DNA of 64,000 nucleotides from a virus (Duplodnaviria; Caudoviricetes): IMG/VR virus record IMGVR_UViG_2744054987_000003, positions 1 to 64,000 of that record; one strand, 5' to 3'. Shown piece by piece: positions 26,046 to 35,633 of this stretch (position 1 is its first letter; each line of letters starts with the position of its first letter). The notes under the pieces were generated by a model. It saw only the letters and a program-made list of their open reading frames with translations, ran no database searches and was not told where the DNA came from. The position numbers and the translations under genes were made by a program.

Positions 26046-28973
26046 TTACTGCTGTTTCGACCAGTCTGCCGTCACAGGGTCGACAGTAGGCTGTGGTCCG
26101 GTGTATGCGCTTCCCGATGGGATGAACGCCCGATTGTGGGACTGCGGGCTGAGCGTAAGGCTAATGTCGCCCTCATCGTCGCCTCTGTACATTGTACCAC
26201 CTTTAGACTCCGTTGGACGATACCTGGGCAAAGTCCACGCACTGTAGGGGTCGTCGGTGTCCATGTGGGTGTGAAACGGCTCGATCGCGCTCTTGGGCAA
26301 CATGGCGTGCACAGGATCGTTGGCGGCGGCGTCTTGGCCCATGTGGCTCAGCGTGGTGCTGTGGGTGATAGGCACCTGCGAGGGGTATTGACCGGGATTG
26401 GATCGCGCGTGGTGCAGCATCCAGTGGTTGACACCCATACCCCGGAACTCGGGATGCACACTCAAGGTGCCGATATGACCGTTGCCTTCATCCCAGTTCA
26501 GTTCGCCGATCGGTCGACCATCCACAGCATGGCGGGCCAGAATGCCTGGGCTGAGACCGTCGTGGGTCGGCTCGAAGGTCATCGGCGGCAGCCGGTCGTT
26601 GCGCGGGGCACGCATGTTGCGGTAGTTGTCAGGATCTTCGTTGAACGCCAGCGCCTCCTGGAGGGTCATGCCCTCCCTGTTGGTTTCCACACTGCGTCCA
26701 TCCGGTTCGGTGCGGTACCACGGACCTTCGGAGTAGTACTTGCCCCACTGTCCGTTGCCGGAGCCGGAGGGAGCACCGAAGGGGTCATAGCCGATGGAGT
26801 CGTCGGGATCGTCGGGGTCGTCGTACTCCGACCATGGATCAGGGAACTCGTGGACCGGGTACTCCTGGTGGAAATCGTCGATGGCTTTGTGCGGATCTTC
26901 ATCGACGTAGTGGTTGCGCTGCTCTTCCGACAGGTCGTTCCACCAGTCCTGGAAGGTCTCATGGTCGTCGTAGTCAGTGTCTTGTAGCTGCGGCATGCTG
27001 CGGCGAAGCCCGTCGCGTGTTTCGGTGTCGGTGTAGGCGTTATACCAGTCGCGCGGGGTGTAGTCGTTGGGTATCGGCTGGCCTTGATAGTCAGGATGCG
27101 CTTCGTGGAAGGCGTCCACGGCATCGCCCGGTGATGACATCAGACGCTCGACCTGATCCTTGGGAAGGCTGTTGAACCACGCCTGGAACTTCGGATCTTC
27201 TTCGTAGGACTCGCCTTCGGGCAGCGTAGGGGTTTCGCGAATACCCCTCGCGCCCGCGCGTGGATCGTCGTAACGATACTGCTGCGCCCAATCCTCTGCA
27301 CCGGGTCGCGCCCAGTTGGGGTATTGCGGTTCAACGGATTCGAAGTTCTGGTCGTAGGGCAGCATGTACTGGCCATCGACGTCGTTGGGGTCACCCCACT
27401 CGAAGCTGGGATCAACAGCACCTGCGAGGTAGAACGGTGGCGGATCAGCTGGAACGTAAGGCACGCAGACCCCGTGAGTGGGATCGAAGTAGCCGCCCTC
27501 GGGGCAGGCCCCGTAGCCGGAGTAGCCGGGTGCAGGTGTTGAGGTCTGTGCGGGCACGCAGACCTTGTGAACAGGGTCGAACGCCATGCCTTCAGGACAC
27601 GGGTTCAGCAGCTGCGCAAGAGCTTCGGCGATTTCAGCCTTGTCGTCGGTGTCGGCGGTACGGATAGCACCGCGTCGGCCTCGCTGGTAGTCGTCGTAGT
27701 GGCGGTCCAAGATGCCTTGGGAACGCTGCGCCATCTCTTTGGGCACCTCAGGCACAATGCGCCCGTCATCGGAATTGCCGGGAACCCAACGTCCTTTGGC
27801 CCAGTCCCAGATCAGATTGTCGCGATGGGGGTCGATCTCGAAGTCGTCAGCGGAGGCGTGCCTCTTGCCCCAAAAACTAGGCAGACTGTCTTTGTTCTGC
27901 GCCAGCCACGGCGCAAAGTCGGGGTGGTGTGCAACGGGGCTGCCCTCGTTCTGCTGAACCTCGTCGTCGTGGTAGACCTTCACCGGCAGATGGGTAATGC
28001 CAAGCTCTTTGGCGATGGCCGCGCGGTGATTGCCCTCGGCGAGCAGGCCATGGGTGTCGTTGGTCGACAGGATCAGTGGCTGGCGAATACCACCGTGGTC
28101 CTGAATGACCTTCTTGACGGTCTGGTAGTTCTCGTCGTTGGGGTCGCGATCGTATTCGCGGTAGTGCAGCACTTGGTCGGTAGGCATCATCAGGTGTGCA
28201 CTGTCGGTGCTGTCAGGAGTGTCGATGATGTGGTGGTAGTAGCGCTCCCAACCTTCGGGCACGCCCGGCACGGGATCGTATTTAGGTGGGGACGGCGGCG
28301 ACGGCTCCTCAAAGTCATCTGGACGACCGAAAGTGTCACCAGTCAACAACTCCAGCAACGAGTCGATGTCAGCGTTGGCGGCGCGCTTGCGCCGGAACAG
28401 TGGCCGGGGGTGTTCCCAGTCGGTGACGCGCCCGATGGCGTCCCTGAGGTTGTCGTAGGGGTTGTCGAACTTCGCCCAGGTGCTGGGACGATTCGGCGCA
28501 CCGGTGTAGTCCACGATGCCCCACAGCTGGTATGGGCCGCCGTGTGGCCCGTCGATGCGGAAGCCTCCAGGGTGCGTCCAACGCTCAGTGTGTTCGTCGG
28601 ACTCGTTGTTCCAGTCCAGCGGTCCTGCGGTACGGATCGCGCTACCGGTTCGTGCCCAGACAGGAACGTCGTCATCGATACCCCACGCATCAGGGTCGGG
28701 CGTGTAGGGCGCATCGTCGTTGTCAGGTGAGTCTTCCCATGCCTGGCGTTCTGCCTCACCGCCGCCGCGACCGCTGATCCAGTCGCGGAAAGTGATCAGC
28801 GGCTTGCCGCCCCGAGCGAAGTAGTCTTCGATGTCGTCGGGATGACCGCCGGTGATGTTCTCCAGTTCAGCTTCTTGGCGGTTGCGCTCCCAGCGGTAGT
28901 CATCAAGGTCGGCCTGGGAGATGGCGACGCGCAGCTCGTGCTGTTCGCGCGCGGTCAGGATGCGGCGGCCCAT
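26046..28973 (-). CDS. RRILTAREQ-tagged polyvalent protein (ParB-like, Cys-repeat, acidic repeats, GNAT)
   Basis: PLIL...EGNHR-x-x-x-AKELG-x-x-x-LPV (ParB/Srx-like); two CPEG-x-x-FDP-x-H-x-VCVP; IGTLSVHPEFRGMG (GNAT motif A). Confidence 0.7.
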   Translation of the reverse strand: MGRRILTAREQHELRVAISQADLDDYRWERNRQEAELENITGGHPDDIEDYFARGGKPLITFRDWISGRGGGEAERQAWEDSPDNDDAPYTPDPDAWGIDDDVPVWARTGSAIRTAGPLDWNNESDEHTERWTHPGGFRIDGPHGGPYQLWGIVDYTGAPNRPSTWAKFDNPYDNLRDAIGRVTDWEHPRPLFRRKRAANADIDSLLELLTGDTFGRPDDFEEPSPPSPPKYDPVPGVPEGWERYYHHIIDTPDSTDSAHLMMPTDQVLHYREYDRDPNDENYQTVKKVIQDHGGIRQPLILSTNDTHGLLAEGNHRAAIAKELGITHLPVKVYHDDEVQQNEGSPVAHHPDFAPWLAQNKDSLPSFWGKRHASADDFEIDPHRDNLIWDWAKGRWVPGNSDDGRIVPEVPKEMAQRSQGILDRHYDDYQRGRRGAIRTADTDDKAEIAEALAQLLNPCPEGMAFDPVHKVCVPAQTSTPAPGYSGYGACPEGGYFDPTHGVCVPYVPADPPPFYLAGAVDPSFEWGDPNDVDGQYMLPYDQNFESVEPQYPNWARPGAEDWAQQYRYDDPRAGARGIRETPTLPEGESYEEDPKFQAWFNSLPKDQVERLMSSPGDAVDAFHEAHPDYQGQPIPNDYTPRDWYNAYTDTETRDGLRRSMPQLQDTDYDDHETFQDWWNDLSEEQRNHYVDEDPHKAIDDFHQEYPVHEFPDPWSEYDDPDDPDDSIGYDPFGAPSGSGNGQWGKYYSEGPWYRTEPDGRSVETNREGMTLQEALAFNEDPDNYRNMRAPRNDRLPPMTFEPTHDGLSPGILARHAVDGRPIGELNWDEGNGHIGTLSVHPEFRGMGVNHWMLHHARSNPGQYPSQVPITHSTTLSHMGQDAAANDPVHAMLPKSAIEPFHTHMDTDDPYSAWTLPRYRPTESKGGTMYRGDDEGDISLTLSPQSHNRAFIPSGSAYTGPQPTVDPVTADWSKQQ

Positions 28974-31900
28974 CAGCTGGTCCTCGCGCCGATAGCAACC
29001 CACCGATACTGGCCGTTGCTCGGCGGGCTGGCGAACTCGACAGTGACGGTGTTGGTGTCGCTGATCGAGATCCCGGCCAGGACAACATTGTTGGTGTTGT
29101 CGATGATCTGCACCAACGGAGACATGGTGCCGAGATTGTGTTTGATGGTTGCGATGGTGTTGCCTGCCGGGACGGTGCCGGTGGCGACCATAGGCACGTG
29201 TGCGGTGTCGATGCCCACGCCAGCGGAGGTGACCGAGATTCCGGTGGTGGGCTTAACCGAGAAGGTGTCATCGCTGATGGTGATGCCGTTGCCCTGCTCG
29301 GGTGCGTACTGCGGTGCGCAGTAGCCGATGCGCTGCCAGTTGTTGGCGTTGGTGTCGATGAATCCCGATGCCGCCGTCATCTGCCAGATGGTGTTGGCGT
29401 TGATGTTGCCCTGCGAGACCGTGATGATGGTGCCCTTGAGCAGGTAGCCCCCGGAGGGAAAGTCTGGGGGTCGTGTCCAGGGGCCGGTGGCGTTGATCTG
29501 CCAGACGCCGTTCTGCTTGGAGTCGGACTGGCCGGTCAGCAGCACGATGTTGCCTGCGCCGAGCAGTTGGCCGTCGATGCTTTGTGCGCCCGACAAGCTC
29601 GGCACCGCAGTAGTCGAGACGCGCACAACCTGCTGGCGTCCGGCGGTGGCCTGCGACAACAGCGCCTGGACCTGGGAAGTGTTCAGCAGATTGGCTGTCG
29701 CAGCACTGATCTGGGTCGGAACCGCATCCAGTGAGGTCTGCAGTCCGCTGACGTCGGAGATGTTGAGCAGATCGCCTAGACTGCGTGCGCCGACATCGGC
29801 TGCGCTAAGCACCACAGTGCCGGTCTTGCCGTTGACCGAAGACACATCGCCGATGGGACTGGTCAGTTTCTTCCAGTTCGACAGCTGTGAGGGGTCGCTG
29901 CCCTTCAGGAAATAGTTGCCCTGATCAGACCCGGCGGTGATGATCGTCCAGTCGCCGGGCTGCACTTGCGCGGAAGTCTGCGCCAGCAGTGCTGCCTGGT
30001 TGGCGACCTCGGTCATGGTGGAGAACGCCTCGGCAGGCAGCTGTGTGGTGGGCACCTTGCCGCTGACCAGGTCAGCTTTTCCGGATTGCAGCGCCGTGAT
30101 GGCCGACTGCGCCGCACTCATGTCGGACTGGTCGGCTTTGCCGTCCACGGTGTCAGACAAGTCATCCAGATCGGACTGGTCGGCTTTGCCGTCCACGGTG
30201 GTGCTCAGTGCCGACAGCGCGGACTGGTCGGCCTTACCGGATTGCAGCGCGGTGATCGCCGACTGTGCTGCGCTCATGTCGGTCTGCGACGCTTTGCCGT
30301 TCACGGCGGTTGTCAGTGCGCTGACGGTGGACTGGTCGGCTTTGCCGTCCACGGTGTCGGACAAAGCGTCGAGCGCGGATTGTGATGCCTTGTCGTCGAC
30401 AGTGGTCGTCAGGGCCGTCAGGTCGGCCTGGCTGGCTTTGCCGTTGACGGTGGTGGTCAGTGCAGTCAGGTCGGATTTGTTCGCCTTTGCGTTGACTTCG
30501 GTTGTCAGCGTGGCGATGTCGTCGCTGGTCGCAGGTTCGGGATCTACAGGGTTCGTCTCATCCCAGGTGCGTAGTTGCAGATGCCCATTCGGGGTGATGT
30601 AGGGGTAGACGTAGCTTTCGCCGACCGGTGCGACGCCGGTGTGGTTGTAGGTGTAGTCGCCGCCGTCATCAAGCGAGAACGGACTTTTGAGCATGACCTG
30701 ATGCACGCGCTGGAAGTCAGCGGGGTTGACCACACCGGCGAAGTCTTCGGTGCCGTCGAACCAGGCGGCCAGGCCGTTGCCGCCATCGCCAGTACCACCA
30801 CTGCCGCCCAGCTCCAGCGAAGCGATACGTGCCTCATGGTTGCTGGTGGTGCTTAGTCCGTTTTCGGTGAGGATGGCGTCGAGTCCACTGATCTGGGATG
30901 TCGCCAGACTCAGGGGGTCGGAGCCACCGGCAGCGTGGGTGGTGGCGTGCGCGGTTGGTGTGCGCGCGTTGGTCAGTCGCGTGTCGTCGGTGTTGACTTT
31001 GTTGTCGAGCGCGGCCTGCGCTCCGGCGACCTGCGCCAGTGGCACGCTGCCGCCCTCGGCTGCGACATCACTCAAGTCCATCGAGACGATGCCGTCTTCG
31101 CCGTTGACCGAGGTGACCGAGCCGGTGCCGGGCACGGTGATGACCTGTCCGGCCTTGTTGGTGATCTGGTTCTTGTTGTTGATGTAGGCCATCGAGGAGT
31201 CATTGAGCGTGTGGGGGATGACCCCGCCGCTGGTGTGCACGTAGGTGTCGTCGTCCTCGATCGCGCTGACGCGACTGGCCAGCGCAACGACCTCTGATTC
31301 GTCTCCTGCGGCGTCGAGTGCCGCGTCGAGTCCATTGACCTGGGAGATGGCGATTTTGCCGCCCTTGGCCGCCACAGAGGTCAGATCGATGCTCACAGCG
31401 CCGGTCTTGCCGTTGACCGAGGTCACGGTGGACAGGTTCATCCAGCTGCTGACCTTGGAGGGGTCGTCGTTGAGTAGCAGAAAAGTGCCGTCGGGCCGCT
31501 TGACGAAGTCGCCGGGCTGCACCTGCGCGGCGGTCAACGCGAGCATGGCCGCTTCGTTGAGGACAGACACGCCGGTGGTCAAGGCTGCGCCGGGCAGCTG
31601 GGAGATGAGCACCTTGCCGTCGACGAGGTCGGCCTTGAGTGCCAGTGTCTCGGTATTGTCGGCGACCTCACCGTCAAGGGTGTCGATGCGGGCGCTCAGC
31701 GCCGCCTCGGCGGTGTTGCGGGCGTTCATCTCCGCAGCGATGCTGGCGTTGAGGGTGTTCTCGCTGTTGGCGAGGTTGGCTGCGGTGGTATTGAGTACCG
31801 AGTTGATCTGGGTTTCCAGCGCCAGCTGTGCTGCGGCGGCTGTTGCGGCATCGCCTTGCTGGCGTGCGACGGTCTCGGCGGTGAGTTGGCCCTTGAGGGT

Positions 31901-32383
31901 ATCCAACGAGCCGGTGGAGGCCATCCTGTTGCCCGCGCCGTCGAGGACGTTTCCGGCGTTGTCGAGCCGGGCAACACGTCCGGGCACACCGAGATCGGCC
32001 TGCTGGAGATAGTTCTCGCCGTCGATGATGTTGCCGAGGTCAGTCAGGTCATAAAAGTTGACGTCCTGATCGGGCATCGCGAAGTCGTAATGCACTGTGC
32101 GCCCGGTGATGCCGCCTTCACGCCATTCGATGCGGTAGGTGACCGGCTCAGTCAACCCGGCGAGATGTGAGGGGATCAACTGAAAAGTCACGGTGGTGTC
32201 TTGTGCGAGCAGCACTTTCTGAACACCGGCAGGCTGGACGAACGTGGCACCAGCGATGGGGGACGACGGCGATCCGACCGCGATGACGACGACCTCTAAG
32301 GTGATCGGGGCCTGGTCAGGAAACGTCACCGAGCGTGCGAACGGGATCGTCAGATTACGCCAGATCACCTGGGGTGCCGTCAC
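28973..32383 (-). CDS. Long virion fibre/structural protein with coiled-coil repeats
   Basis: ADLV-x-GKV-x-x-x-QLP and V-x-SVNGKTG-x-V modules, DGKADQS repeats, C-terminal HNLGT-x-x-P-x-V motif. Confidence 0.75.
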   Translation of the reverse strand: MTAPQVIWRNLTIPFARSVTFPDQAPITLEVVVIAVGSPSSPIAGATFVQPAGVQKVLLAQDTTVTFQLIPSHLAGLTEPVTYRIEWREGGITGRTVHYDFAMPDQDVNFYDLTDLGNIIDGENYLQQADLGVPGRVARLDNAGNVLDGAGNRMASTGSLDTLKGQLTAETVARQQGDAATAAAAQLALETQINSVLNTTAANLANSENTLNASIAAEMNARNTAEAALSARIDTLDGEVADNTETLALKADLVDGKVLISQLPGAALTTGVSVLNEAAMLALTAAQVQPGDFVKRPDGTFLLLNDDPSKVSSWMNLSTVTSVNGKTGAVSIDLTSVAAKGGKIAISQVNGLDAALDAAGDESEVVALASRVSAIEDDDTYVHTSGGVIPHTLNDSSMAYINNKNQITNKAGQVITVPGTGSVTSVNGEDGIVSMDLSDVAAEGGSVPLAQVAGAQAALDNKVNTDDTRLTNARTPTAHATTHAAGGSDPLSLATSQISGLDAILTENGLSTTSNHEARIASLELGGSGGTGDGGNGLAAWFDGTEDFAGVVNPADFQRVHQVMLKSPFSLDDGGDYTYNHTGVAPVGESYVYPYITPNGHLQLRTWDETNPVDPEPATSDDIATLTTEVNAKANKSDLTALTTTVNGKASQADLTALTTTVDDKASQSALDALSDTVDGKADQSTVSALTTAVNGKASQTDMSAAQSAITALQSGKADQSALSALSTTVDGKADQSDLDDLSDTVDGKADQSDMSAAQSAITALQSGKADLVSGKVPTTQLPAEAFSTMTEVANQAALLAQTSAQVQPGDWTIITAGSDQGNYFLKGSDPSQLSNWKKLTSPIGDVSSVNGKTGTVVLSAADVGARSLGDLLNISDVSGLQTSLDAVPTQISAATANLLNTSQVQALLSQATAGRQQVVRVSTTAVPSLSGAQSIDGQLLGAGNIVLLTGQSDSKQNGVWQINATGPWTRPPDFPSGGYLLKGTIITVSQGNINANTIWQMTAASGFIDTNANNWQRIGYCAPQYAPEQGNGITISDDTFSVKPTTGISVTSAGVGIDTAHVPMVATGTVPAGNTIATIKHNLGTMSPLVQIIDNTNNVVLAGISISDTNTVTVEFASPPSNGQYRWVAIGARTS
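30060..30490 (-). repeat. Tandem coding repeats (L-x-x-TV[DN]GKA[DS]Q)
   Basis: About 8 near-identical units; MSAAQSAITALQSGKAD occurs twice. Confidence 0.8.
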
Positions 32384-32407
32384 CTGCTGTCTCCCTCTAC
32401 GCCTGCC

Positions 32408-32421
32408 CTCCCTTATTCAGG
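32408..32421 (-). promoter_or_regulatory. Late-type motif CCTGAATAAGGGAG
   Basis: Upstream of the fibre and polyprotein operon. Confidence 0.55.
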
Positions 32422-33624
32422 TCAGAGCAGGTCGTCAAAGGACTCGACAGCGGCCATCACGGTGCGCGGAGCTGATGGTGTGATGGTGTGAAACGGTGGC
32501 CTGCCGGTGCGGGGGGCCACGCGCATCTGGTCGACATCCATCTTCGCGCCGGGCAGCATCGTGATCTCCTGCTCACTGCGCCAGGGACCGCCGGTGTCTT
32601 GCCGGTAGGGGTCTTCGCCGACGCCCCTCCACGGCGAACGCAGTACCACAGAGTGCTCATCAGCGCGACGGTTGGTGCCAAACGCTCGCGCTATCGCAGG
32701 ATTGGTACTCCAGTGGGTGCCCAAACCCCCTCGACCACGCCGATTGGCGGGATCGTTCGTCAAGTAGTCCAGCACCCCGTTGAGGACTTCGTCATGAGCT
32801 ATGTTGTCGGGGTCAGCCTGGGCGCGATCCAAAGCACGCACAGCCCCCACGGGGATCTGGACGCCACGGTAGAGGTTGATGGGGTCGGTATCGAGCAGAT
32901 GTTCGGTGCCGGGCAACACAGGCTGTTCCGGCTCGGAATGAGTAAAGCGGGTCTCCGGCCGGGCGATGCTGGGGGACTCGGGGTTGACGTCATGCGGACT
33001 GTAGTAGGCGAAATCGTCTTCATACTGCAATCCGCGTCGCTTCTCCCCGGAGCCGGGCCGATCCCTGACGCGATAGCGAGACGGGTAGCGCTCATCTTCC
33101 TGTGCGGGGTGGTAGCTGGGGTACTGATCATAAGACGTGCTCATGGTGTAGACGAGGTCATCGTCTCGTGGATTGTCGTCAGACAGACCCCAGTCGTAGA
33201 GTTGGTTGACGAAATGATTTTGGGATTCGCGTGAACTACCGGCGTCCTGCGCCCAGCGATCGAGTGTTTCCGGCTCAACGCCGTTGAGCCAGTCGGGGAA
33301 GGCATCATAGGCTTCGGGGTGCATCTCCAGCAGATCGTCGTACCACGACGGCCCCGCCGCGTCCATCCCGCCTGATTCATGAGCGCGCAACCACTGCTGA
33401 CGAAGTTCTTCCCCGGTTGTTGCTGGACTGTCTTGCGGCGGAAGCGTGAACTTGCGCGGCGGCCAGGGCCAGCGTTCGTCGCTGACGTCTTCCAGAGACA
33501 TCTGCCTGGGGGCGATGGAGGCAGCAGTGCGGATCGTCCTGTCGATCTGGGCAGCATCGACCACGACGGGCATGAGACTGGCGATATGCCAGTTCTGTTC
33601 TGCGGCTGTGATGATGCGACGCAC
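32422..33624 (-). CDS. RRIITAAEQ-tagged protein with C-terminal R-S-E ADP-ribosyltransferase-like domain
   Basis: LYRG, HWSTN-x-x-IA-x-x-F, EQE. Confidence 0.7.
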   Translation of the reverse strand: MRRIITAAEQNWHIASLMPVVVDAAQIDRTIRTAASIAPRQMSLEDVSDERWPWPPRKFTLPPQDSPATTGEELRQQWLRAHESGGMDAAGPSWYDDLLEMHPEAYDAFPDWLNGVEPETLDRWAQDAGSSRESQNHFVNQLYDWGLSDDNPRDDDLVYTMSTSYDQYPSYHPAQEDERYPSRYRVRDRPGSGEKRRGLQYEDDFAYYSPHDVNPESPSIARPETRFTHSEPEQPVLPGTEHLLDTDPINLYRGVQIPVGAVRALDRAQADPDNIAHDEVLNGVLDYLTNDPANRRGRGGLGTHWSTNPAIARAFGTNRRADEHSVVLRSPWRGVGEDPYRQDTGGPWRSEQEITMLPGAKMDVDQMRVAPRTGRPPFHTITPSAPRTVMAAVESFDDLL

Positions 33625-33652
33625 GAATGGGTGACCTCCTCACCCATTCAGG
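33625..33652 (-). promoter_or_regulatory. Late-type motif embedded in a 10-bp hairpin around the SD
   Basis: CCT-GAATGGGTGA-GGAGG-TCACCCATTC-GTG. Confidence 0.7.
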
Positions 33653-33805
33653 CGCTAATAGGTCTAGCCGCTGTCTTCGGATATGCCGAGCAGTTCAGCC
33701 AATGCCTGATCTGAGGGGGCATCGTCTGGACAGACGTGTCCCCATGCCAGTCGGTTAGGGGCGTTCGAATACTTTTTCACCAGCGGCTGACGACAGTATC
33801 GGCAC

Positions 33806-34255
33806 TCAGTTGTGTCCATCGTTCACCAATGCCACAACCGACTCGCGGTCGGTGATCTCCCCGCGCAGCGCGGCTTCGATCATACGGACCAGTGTCTTGG
33901 TGACGACCTGGTATTGCTGCGATGCGGCATGGAACAAAGTGTCGTACTTGCTCTCGCCGCCGTACGGACCGTAGGGCTGCACCTGGTCGCTGGGGCAGCC
34001 TTCGATGTGAATTTCATCGGAGTTGCGATGCTCATAGCAGCAGAACGTCCAGCCTCCGGCAGTGAAGGTCAGACCCCACTCGCGGCAGTTGTCGAAAACG
34101 CCGAAGTCAATCCTGTCGCCGAATCCCTCAGCCAACGCACCGCCGACCTCTTTGGCGATGATGTATTGACGTATCGGTTCGTCGGGGTACATCTCCTCCC
34201 AGTAAGGAAGATTCTGGTCGACGCGCAACTGCGCGATGGCATCGCTGTAGTTCAT
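33806..34255 (-). CDS. Hypothetical protein
   Basis: Coupled ORF; NCRE-x-G, EHRNSD-x-I. Confidence 0.6.
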   Translation of the reverse strand: MNYSDAIAQLRVDQNLPYWEEMYPDEPIRQYIIAKEVGGALAEGFGDRIDFGVFDNCREWGLTFTAGGWTFCCYEHRNSDEIHIEGCPSDQVQPYGPYGGESKYDTLFHAASQQYQVVTKTLVRMIEAALRGEITDRESVVALVNDGHN

Positions 34256-34368
34256 GCTGTCACTTCCTGTTCGGCAAGCCAGCCAGACAATTCGTGACGC
34301 TTAAGAGTGCCATTGGGCATGATGTGCTGGACCTCGATGCCGTCGCGGGTGGCCAGGTCGGAGATCAT
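34252..34368 (-). pseudogene. Displaced original C-terminus of the DUF488 gene
   Basis: MISDLATRDGIEVQHIMPNGTLKRHELSGWL, paralogous to the end of 34933-35442. Confidence 0.8.
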
Positions 34369-34943
34369 GCACGCCTCCTGTCCTTGCGACGCATCCGATC
34401 GCGATTGCAAGCGCGACAATCTCTATGACCTGTTTTCCTGATAAAGGTATTGGCCTCATCAAAGAGATGACCGTTTTTGCAGTGCGTCTTAAGCCCATTA
34501 TGTAGCTTGCCTTCAGCCGTCGCTTTTCTACGCCGCTTCTCGTCAAGGCAAGGTTTACATGCCGCCTGTCTCTTCGCTCCAATACGAACGATATTATCCT
34601 CTATCCATAGATGCTTGTTAGCACGACACATACCAGCAAAGTCGTTGCATGATCGTCCCCTGCGGGTGTTCTCTGCCCCTGTCACCTGCTCCAGATGACT
34701 AGGTCGAACACACCCACGATTACGACAGTTGTGATCGGTCTCTAAGTCTCGATCCAGCTCAATACCAAGCAACTCCAGACCCACGCGATGTGCCCAACCA
34801 ACACCCTGACCGTGGCCCCGGTTGTACTTACCGTAGCCGTTGCGCTTGTCGCGGTAGGCAGTCCACTCCCAACACTCATCCGAAACATCCACCTTGGAGA
34901 TAAACCGTTCTGGCCACTCAGCTAGCGCACGGTCATCCAACAC
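34365..34943 (-). CDS. HNH homing endonuclease
   Basis: CWEW, GYG, AHR, DHNCRNRGCVRPSHL, KTHCKNGH; low GC. Confidence 0.9.
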   Translation of the reverse strand: MLDDRALAEWPERFISKVDVSDECWEWTAYRDKRNGYGKYNRGHGQGVGWAHRVGLELLGIELDRDLETDHNCRNRGCVRPSHLEQVTGAENTRRGRSCNDFAGMCRANKHLWIEDNIVRIGAKRQAACKPCLDEKRRRKATAEGKLHNGLKTHCKNGHLFDEANTFIRKTGHRDCRACNRDRMRRKDRRRA

Positions 34944-35442
34944 AACAACCCTCCTGCTTCAACCACCCGGAAAGTTCATGCAATTTGGCGGAGCCATTCG
35001 GCCAAATATGGTAGACAGGAACCCCATCGCGCGTAGCCAGATCAGAGATCATCCTGCGATGGCATCTGAATGGCGCAGGCTCTCCGCACATGATCGCGAC
35101 ATTGTGATGCTTGGACTGTTCGAGGAGCGCCTCGTAGTCGAGTGCAAAGTCCTGGGTGTGGGTGTAAGCCGCGTAGTTGGCGAAGCTCTCCACCTGCCAC
35201 CACTGGTCCTCGGGGATGCGCTCTTTGGGCGGCTTGCGCCGACCGCCGAGATTGGGCCAGTGTGAGTAGGTGACGCCAGCAAGACGAAGCCAGTCCGGCA
35301 TCCGCTCCTGGTTGAACTGAGGACTGCGACGTGAGCCGGGGAAGCTACGGACATCGGCCAGCTCGGCGATGTCGTGTCGCTTCAAGCGTTCGTTGAACTT
35401 CACCCAAGTCTCATAGCCGTGGCCGATGGTGTAGAGAGTCAT
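34933..35442 (-). CDS. DUF488-family protein
   Basis: LYTIGH, DVRSFPGSRR-x-PQF, LGGRR, MC-x-E...CHR-x-x-I-x-D. Confidence 0.88.
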   Translation of the reverse strand: MTLYTIGHGYETWVKFNERLKRHDIAELADVRSFPGSRRSPQFNQERMPDWLRLAGVTYSHWPNLGGRRKPPKERIPEDQWWQVESFANYAAYTHTQDFALDYEALLEQSKHHNVAIMCGEPAPFRCHRRMISDLATRDGVPVYHIWPNGSAKLHELSGWLKQEGCCVG

Positions 35443-35475
35443 GCGTCTCCTCGGAAGGGGTTTCTCGTCTAACCC

Positions 35476-35505
35476 ATTGTCTCACAAATGTATAGCAACT
35501 GTCTA
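35476..35505 (-). promoter_or_regulatory. Promoter TAGACA-N18-GACAAT
   Basis: Recurring class. Confidence 0.5.
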
Positions 35506-35633
35506 GTGCAGCGCTAGTCCCACGTTGAGGACTCGCATTCCTCGATGCAGTAGATGCACTGGTCGTCGACCATCTCCTCGTCATCGAGCACGTCGTGCAG
35601 CGGACACAGGTGTTCAAAACCGATCTTCATCGT

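Noticed and set aside
34365-35052. Group I intron in DUF488
   Set aside because: The insert is fully coding with no room for a ribozyme core, and the gene is completed by a duplicated C-terminus
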